A stretch of DNA of 64,000 bases from Nannocystales bacterium (GTDB taxonomy: Bacteria; Myxococcota_A; Polyangia; Nannocystales; Nannocystaceae): positions 256,001-320,000 of the forward strand of contig JBOEGF010000007.1 of assembly GCA_050633305.1 (NCBI GenBank). Direction: 5' to 3'. Under the pieces are notes generated by a model that was not told the DNA's origin, made no database searches, and worked only from the letters and a program-made list of their open reading frames with translations. Of this stretch, positions 61,178 to 64,000 are shown one piece after another. Position numbers and translations under genes: made by a program. Each line of letters opens with the position of its first letter. Positions within the stretch are counted from its first letter, which is position 1.

Positions 61178-62482
61178 TCACTCGTGTTTGAACCGTCGTC
61201 GGCCCGGGCCATACGCCGAGGCGACCTGACCACGACCGCGCAGCAGCCATCGGTAGGTCAGCAACCCTTCGACGCCGACCGGGCCGCGAGCGTGGAGCTT
61301 ACCCGTGCTGATTCCGACCTCGGCCCCGAGCCCAAAACGATAGCCGTCGGCGAAGCGGGTGCTGGCGTTGTGGAACACGCAGGCCGCGTCGACGCGACCC
61401 AAGAATTCGTCGGCAGCCGCCGCGTCTTCGGTGATGACGCATTCGGTGTGGCGAGACCCGTGGCGTTCGATGTGCGAGAGCGCTGCATCCAGGCCGTCGA
61501 CGCGCCGGACCGAAAGCACGAGGTCTCCGTACTCGGTATCCCAGTCACTCTCGTCCGCGGGGTCCAGCTCGGTGTGCAAGGCGAGGGTTGCGGGACAGCC
61601 TCGGAGGGTGACGCCTGCAGACCGAAGCGCAGCGACCGACGCGGCGAGAGCAGCTTCGGCACCGGGCTCCCACAGGAGGGTTTCCAGCGCATTGCAGGCT
61701 GCGGGGTAGTCGGTCTTGGCGTCGAGCACGATGGCCGCAGCCATGTCGGGGTCGGCCGTCTTCTCGACGAAGGCGTGGCACAGCCCCTCGGCATGCCCTA
61801 CCACCGGGACCTTGGATGTGGCCTGAACGTGTTCGACGAAGGCGGCGCTTCCTCGGGCGATGACCAGGTCGACGAGCCCCTCCTGCTGCAGGAGCTCCGA
61901 GACCTCTGAGCGGCCCGAGAGCAGCGTGACGGCGGCCGGGTCCACCCCCACGGGCTGCAGCGCGCGGTGCAATGCGGCGACCATCGCAGCGTTGCTTCGC
62001 GTCGCCTCCCGTCCTCCCTTGAGGGCGACCGCGTTGCCCGTGCGCAGGGCGAGACCGACGATCTGCGGGACCGCGTCAGGCCGGGCTTCGAAGACGATGC
62101 CCATCACGCCCAGGGGGCACGACTCACGCGACAGGGTGAGTCCGTCGTCGAGCTCGCGGCTCTCGAGCACAGTGCCGACGAGGTCGGGCTGGGTGGCGAG
62201 TTGCCGGAGCCCGGTGGCGAGGACCTCGAGCTTCGCGTCGGTGAGTTTGAGTCGGCGAACGAGCGCGTCGCTGAGTTCACCGCGAGCGTGGGCCGCATGG
62301 GCGTCGATGAGGTCGGCATCGTTGGCCTGGCGGAGCTCGGTGCGGACACCGGGGTCCTCCAGCGCATTCGCCATCGCGAGAAGCGCGTCTTGCCGCCGCT
62401 TCGCCGGAGCGCGACTGAGTGCCGCGCCGGCGGCTTTGGCCGCACGAATGCGGTCGGGAATCGAGACGGTGTCCGTGGTCAT
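61178..62482 (-). CDS. proA: Gamma-glutamyl phosphate reductase
   Basis: Start ATG 62482. Motifs PLGV..IVFEARP, LKGG.EA, GHAEGLCH, PAACNALE, NASTRFADG, EVGISTGKLHARGPVG. Confidence 0.96.
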   Translation of the reverse strand: MTTDTVSIPDRIRAAKAAGAALSRAPAKRRQDALLAMANALEDPGVRTELRQANDADLIDAHAAHARGELSDALVRRLKLTDAKLEVLATGLRQLATQPDLVGTVLESRELDDGLTLSRESCPLGVMGIVFEARPDAVPQIVGLALRTGNAVALKGGREATRSNAAMVAALHRALQPVGVDPAAVTLLSGRSEVSELLQQEGLVDLVIARGSAAFVEHVQATSKVPVVGHAEGLCHAFVEKTADPDMAAAIVLDAKTDYPAACNALETLLWEPGAEAALAASVAALRSAGVTLRGCPATLALHTELDPADESDWDTEYGDLVLSVRRVDGLDAALSHIERHGSRHTECVITEDAAAADEFLGRVDAACVFHNASTRFADGYRFGLGAEVGISTGKLHARGPVGVEGLLTYRWLLRGRGQVASAYGPGRRRFKHE

Positions 62483-62483
62483 G

Positions 62484-63638
62484 TCAAACGTCGGTGAGAG
62501 CGAGGTTGTCCCGCGTGATGACGGCGTCGTAGCCCCGGTAGCCCAGGATGTTGGCAAGCTCGGTGCTGTGTCGGCCCGCCACCGCGCGGCAGGCTTGTGC
62601 GTCGTAGTTGGCGAGCCCACGGCCGTGAACCCGGCCCGAGGCATCGCGCACCTCGACAACATCCCCGCGGGCGAACTCTCCGTGGACTTCGACGACCCCC
62701 ACGGGGAGCAACGAGGCTTTTTGCACCCGCAGGGCCTCGAGCGCACCCGCGTTGGCGATGAGGGCTCCGCAGTGCGGTGCGCCTGCTGCGATGTGTCGCC
62801 TCCGTGCGGACTTACGGTCTCGGGGCCAGATGACGGTGCCCACGGCGTCGCCAGCGAGGCCGCGAGAGGTGACCTCGGGCGTCTTGCCGTCGACGATCAG
62901 CGTGACGATGCCGGAATCACACGCGACGGCGGCAGCATCGAGCTTGCTGGCCATGCCCCCGGTTCCCGTGCTCGAGGCCCCGCGAGCCCGCTGCCGGGTC
63001 GCTTCGTCGATGTGCTCCAGGGCGTCGATGCGCTCCGCGCTCGGATCGGTGGCCGGGTTCGCCGTGTGCAAGCCGTCGACGTCCGTCATCAGCACGAGGG
63101 CGTCGGCGTCGACTGCGACGGCGAGCAGTGCGGAAAGCCCGTCGTTGTCACCGAAGCCTTCGAAGGCCTCCTTGCGGTGCTCGACCAGCTCTCGAACGGA
63201 CACGCTGTCGTTCTCGTTGAGGACCGGGACCGTGCCGAGCTCGAGCAGCCGGAGCAACGTGGTCCGAAGGCACAGGGCGCGGTCTCGGTCGCCGAGGTCG
63301 TCTTGGGTCAGCAGGACCTGAGCGACGGTGACCCCCAACTGGCCGAAGGCCTGGCTGTACAGCGAGAGAAGCTGTCCCTGGCCCACGGCGGCACAAGCCT
63401 GGCGGACGCCGAGCGAGCGAGGACGCTCGTCCAGCTGCAGCGCCTGCGCGCCCATCGAGACGGAGCCACTGCTGACGAGGAGGACCTCGACCCCCCGGGT
63501 CCGCAGTCCAGCCAGGTCCTCGACGATCGCGTGGAGCCGTCCGAGGGCGACCCCGTCACCACCGTGGGTGACGACGCCGGTGCCAAGCTTGACGACGACC
63601 CGTCGGGCCGACGACAGAAGCGTGCGAGAGGGGCTCAC
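62484..63638 (-). CDS. proB: Glutamate 5-kinase with PUA domain
   Basis: VVKLGT, VSSG, AAVGQ, NENDSV, FGDNDGL, GTGGMASK, SLLPVGV..V.G.F..GD. Confidence 0.96.
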   Translation of the reverse strand: MSPSRTLLSSARRVVVKLGTGVVTHGGDGVALGRLHAIVEDLAGLRTRGVEVLLVSSGSVSMGAQALQLDERPRSLGVRQACAAVGQGQLLSLYSQAFGQLGVTVAQVLLTQDDLGDRDRALCLRTTLLRLLELGTVPVLNENDSVSVRELVEHRKEAFEGFGDNDGLSALLAVAVDADALVLMTDVDGLHTANPATDPSAERIDALEHIDEATRQRARGASSTGTGGMASKLDAAAVACDSGIVTLIVDGKTPEVTSRGLAGDAVGTVIWPRDRKSARRRHIAAGAPHCGALIANAGALEALRVQKASLLPVGVVEVHGEFARGDVVEVRDASGRVHGRGLANYDAQACRAVAGRHSTELANILGYRGYDAVITRDNLALTDV

Positions 63639-64000
63639 GAGAGCCAGCGTAGCGGATCGGTCACGTCCTGCGGAGTCCGGACACGTCCCTTGAGACGCGA
63701 GCGCACGGCCTTGCCCGACTCTTCCATCAAGGACGTCGGCACGTGCAGCGCCGTGTTCGGCCCATCGACCCTCAAGCCTCCGCGAACCCAGTCCCGCTGA
63801 ACTCCGGCGATCGCCTGAAACGCGAGCCTTTTAGGGGCGCCGCCGCGGGGGATCTCGATGACTGCAGTGTTGGTGACGAGCAGAGAGGTTCGAGACGCGG
63901 TCTCTCGGGCCAACACGAGCAGCGTCGGCGACAGCAAGACAACCACGGGCGGCCAGAGATCGGAGAACGGTTGGGCCCAGAAGGTCGGTGCGAACCCGGT
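63635..64000 (-). CDS. Hypothetical membrane protein, C-terminal part (runs off the window end)
   Basis: Frame is open from the window end to stop 63635, overlapping the proB start. A hydrophobic segment is followed by a beta-rich segment. Confidence 0.55.
   Translation of the reverse strand, partial: TGFAPTFWAQPFSDLWPPVVVLLSPTLLVLARETASRTSLLVTNTAVIEIPRGGAPKRLAFQAIAGVQRDWVRGGLRVDGPNTALHVPTSLMEESGKAVRSRLKGRVRTPQDVTDPLRWLS

Overview
High-GC window from a myxobacterium. The MYXO-CTERM protein, Oar-like receptors, Thr/Asp/Gly-rich lipoprotein and giant TPR protein suggest Myxococcota, probably Nannocystaceae-like; this is an inference. It is mostly core genome. (1) 0.5-18.1 kb is a respiratory supercluster: Cys-rich membrane protein, ctaB, SCO and a cytochrome c lipoprotein, then alternative complex III (actABCDEF, an ActG-like fusion, SCO) and a type A2 caa3 oxidase (coxBAC plus subunit IV). 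(2) 18.3-27.4 kb holds moaA and a CxxxY-type (System I*) cytochrome c maturation cluster with two uncharacterised accessory genes. (3) Next come an acyl-CoA dehydrogenase, murI, a secreted TPR protein and two tandem Oar-like TonB-dependent receptors. (4) On the minus strand are a TPR/Pro-rich membrane protein, a 2918-aa TPR protein and a PpiD/SurA-type chaperone, divergent from mreBCD-mrdA-rodA. (5) The end holds a DAG-kinase-family gene, a MYXO-CTERM protein, TetR, HAD, HPF and proBA. I saw no rRNA, tRNA, CRISPR array or mobile element. The most notable signals are: the ActG-position subunit fused to BON-like and OmpA-like peptidoglycan-binding domains; a twin-CX10C membrane protein heading the ctaB/SCO operon; Cys-rich or acidic appendages on oxidase subunit IV, CcmD and ActC; an exact RegR/RegA box upstream of actA; and a recurring leaderless-promoter geometry. 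All family calls come from motif recognition by eye; no database searches were run.
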